In this document: positions 28,203-28,937 of the stretch, in pieces | How the letters are laid out: each line of letters starts with the position of its first letter | How positions within the stretch are numbered: the stretch's first letter is position 1 | Source of the DNA: Fidelibacterota bacterium | GTDB taxonomy: Bacteria; Fidelibacterota; Fidelibacteria; Fidelibacterales; DSDE01 | Direction: 5' to 3' | Assembly: GCA_046735395.1 (NCBI GenBank) | Contig: JBJKQR010000070.1 | Coordinates: 1-28,937 of the forward strand | Length of the DNA: 28,937 nt | Position numbers and translations under genes: made by a program | The notes under the pieces: model-generated | Databases searched by the model: none | Told to the model about the DNA's origin: nothing | Seen by the model: only the letters and a program-made list of their open reading frames with translations

Positions 28203-28670
28203 CATGCTGGTGTTTCATACAGCCCGGCAAATGGGACCAGAACAATTTTCAATAAGAGTGGAAGTGCGTTTGATTTATCAGGATTTAATGAACCGTATAC
28301 ATGTAAATTTGTTATCGATGATGATGGTGGAGTTGTTTCAGTTTACGGAGCGCTAAGAGGAGATCCACCGGTTTTGCTTGGAACCATTGGGTTAGATATT
28401 AAAATTGCAAGTGTCAATCAAATCAGAATTTTAGTATCTGAGGGCCATTTTCATTTTGACAATATATCGGTGAGTACAACTGCAACTGAACCGTATGCTT
28501 ATAAGGATGATTTTTCCGATGGTCTTTATGGCCAATATCTGACATATTGGTACAATACAAATGATGAAAGGATCATGCAGGCTGATCCTACCGAATATAC
28601 CAGCTATATTACAGCAGGAGGCCAGACGCTAGCTGAATATGATGGTGCAGGAAGATTGAAATATAATTAG
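28146..28670 (+). pseudogene. Fragment of an Rhs/YD-repeat protein preceded by a beta-rich domain
   Basis: The frame is open from 28146 with no ATG/GTG/TTG until TTG 28374. The C-terminus YLTYWYNTNDERI...TSYITAGGQTLAEYDGAGRLKYN resembles Rhs core repeats and stops before any Rhs core signature. Confidence 0.6.
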
Positions 28671-28937
28671 TCGTCCTCCTAATACTCTATCTTTATCTAC
28701 AATAATTTTACTACATCTTAATTATCATCACTTTTGTAGATCCATTCTAGATATGGTTCATATTTTTTTTTATTATCTTCATTCCAACGAAGACTTTTTC
28801 GATTTTTATCCTTATATAGTCGATCCTTATAAAGTACTCACCATCACAGGATGATTCCCAAAGGATTTCAAAAGCACATCCCTCAATATTGATTTTAAAG
28901 AGTATTTCCAGCTAGCAAGAAAATAGAATAAAAAATC

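Noticed and set aside
27947..28356. ORFs 27947-28174, 28017-28205 and 28060-28356
   Set aside because: They run through the repeat-bearing junction and compete with the more protein-like open frame 28146-28670.
28671..28937. Possible minus-strand gene end or toxin/immunity remnant at the window edge
   Set aside because: All three minus frames are interrupted by stops within short distances; nothing identifiable.

Overview
Bacterial chromosomal window, mostly moderately GC-rich housekeeping DNA. No phylum can be assigned from this window; the gene content would fit an anaerobic or microaerophilic heterotroph (inference). Left to right: a ZIP metal transporter (-); a four-gene + strand run (helical hypothetical, YhcC/TIGR01212 radical SAM, DUF368/PopT-type UndP translocase, M16C PreP-like peptidase); an alanine aminotransferase-like gene (-); a trpR-trpB unit with no trpA beside it (-); a 32-bp perfect GTAG-type palindrome next to an AT-rich higBA-type toxin-antitoxin pair; a tightly coupled 10-gene heme operon (ccsA/hemX-like, hemA, C, D, E, N, H, Y, B, L); a 620-bp intergenic mosaic of micro-repeats and hairpins; a gldA/gldF/gldG-like ABC operon with a DUF4340-like gene; an orphan membrane protein; tRNA-Cys and tRNA-Leu; then an AT-rich island edge with ATGTATCCAA repeats and a truncated Rhs-like fragment. 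The most unusual signals are a REP-like hairpin apparently read in-frame as peptide (PSTSSGQA) inside the DUF4340-like gene, which shares a tandem G.A-mismatch architecture with an intergenic hairpin; the repeat mosaic; the TrpR-controlled solo TrpB (possible indole salvage); and a probably leaderless toxin mRNA. All family calls come from motif recognition by eye; no searches were run.
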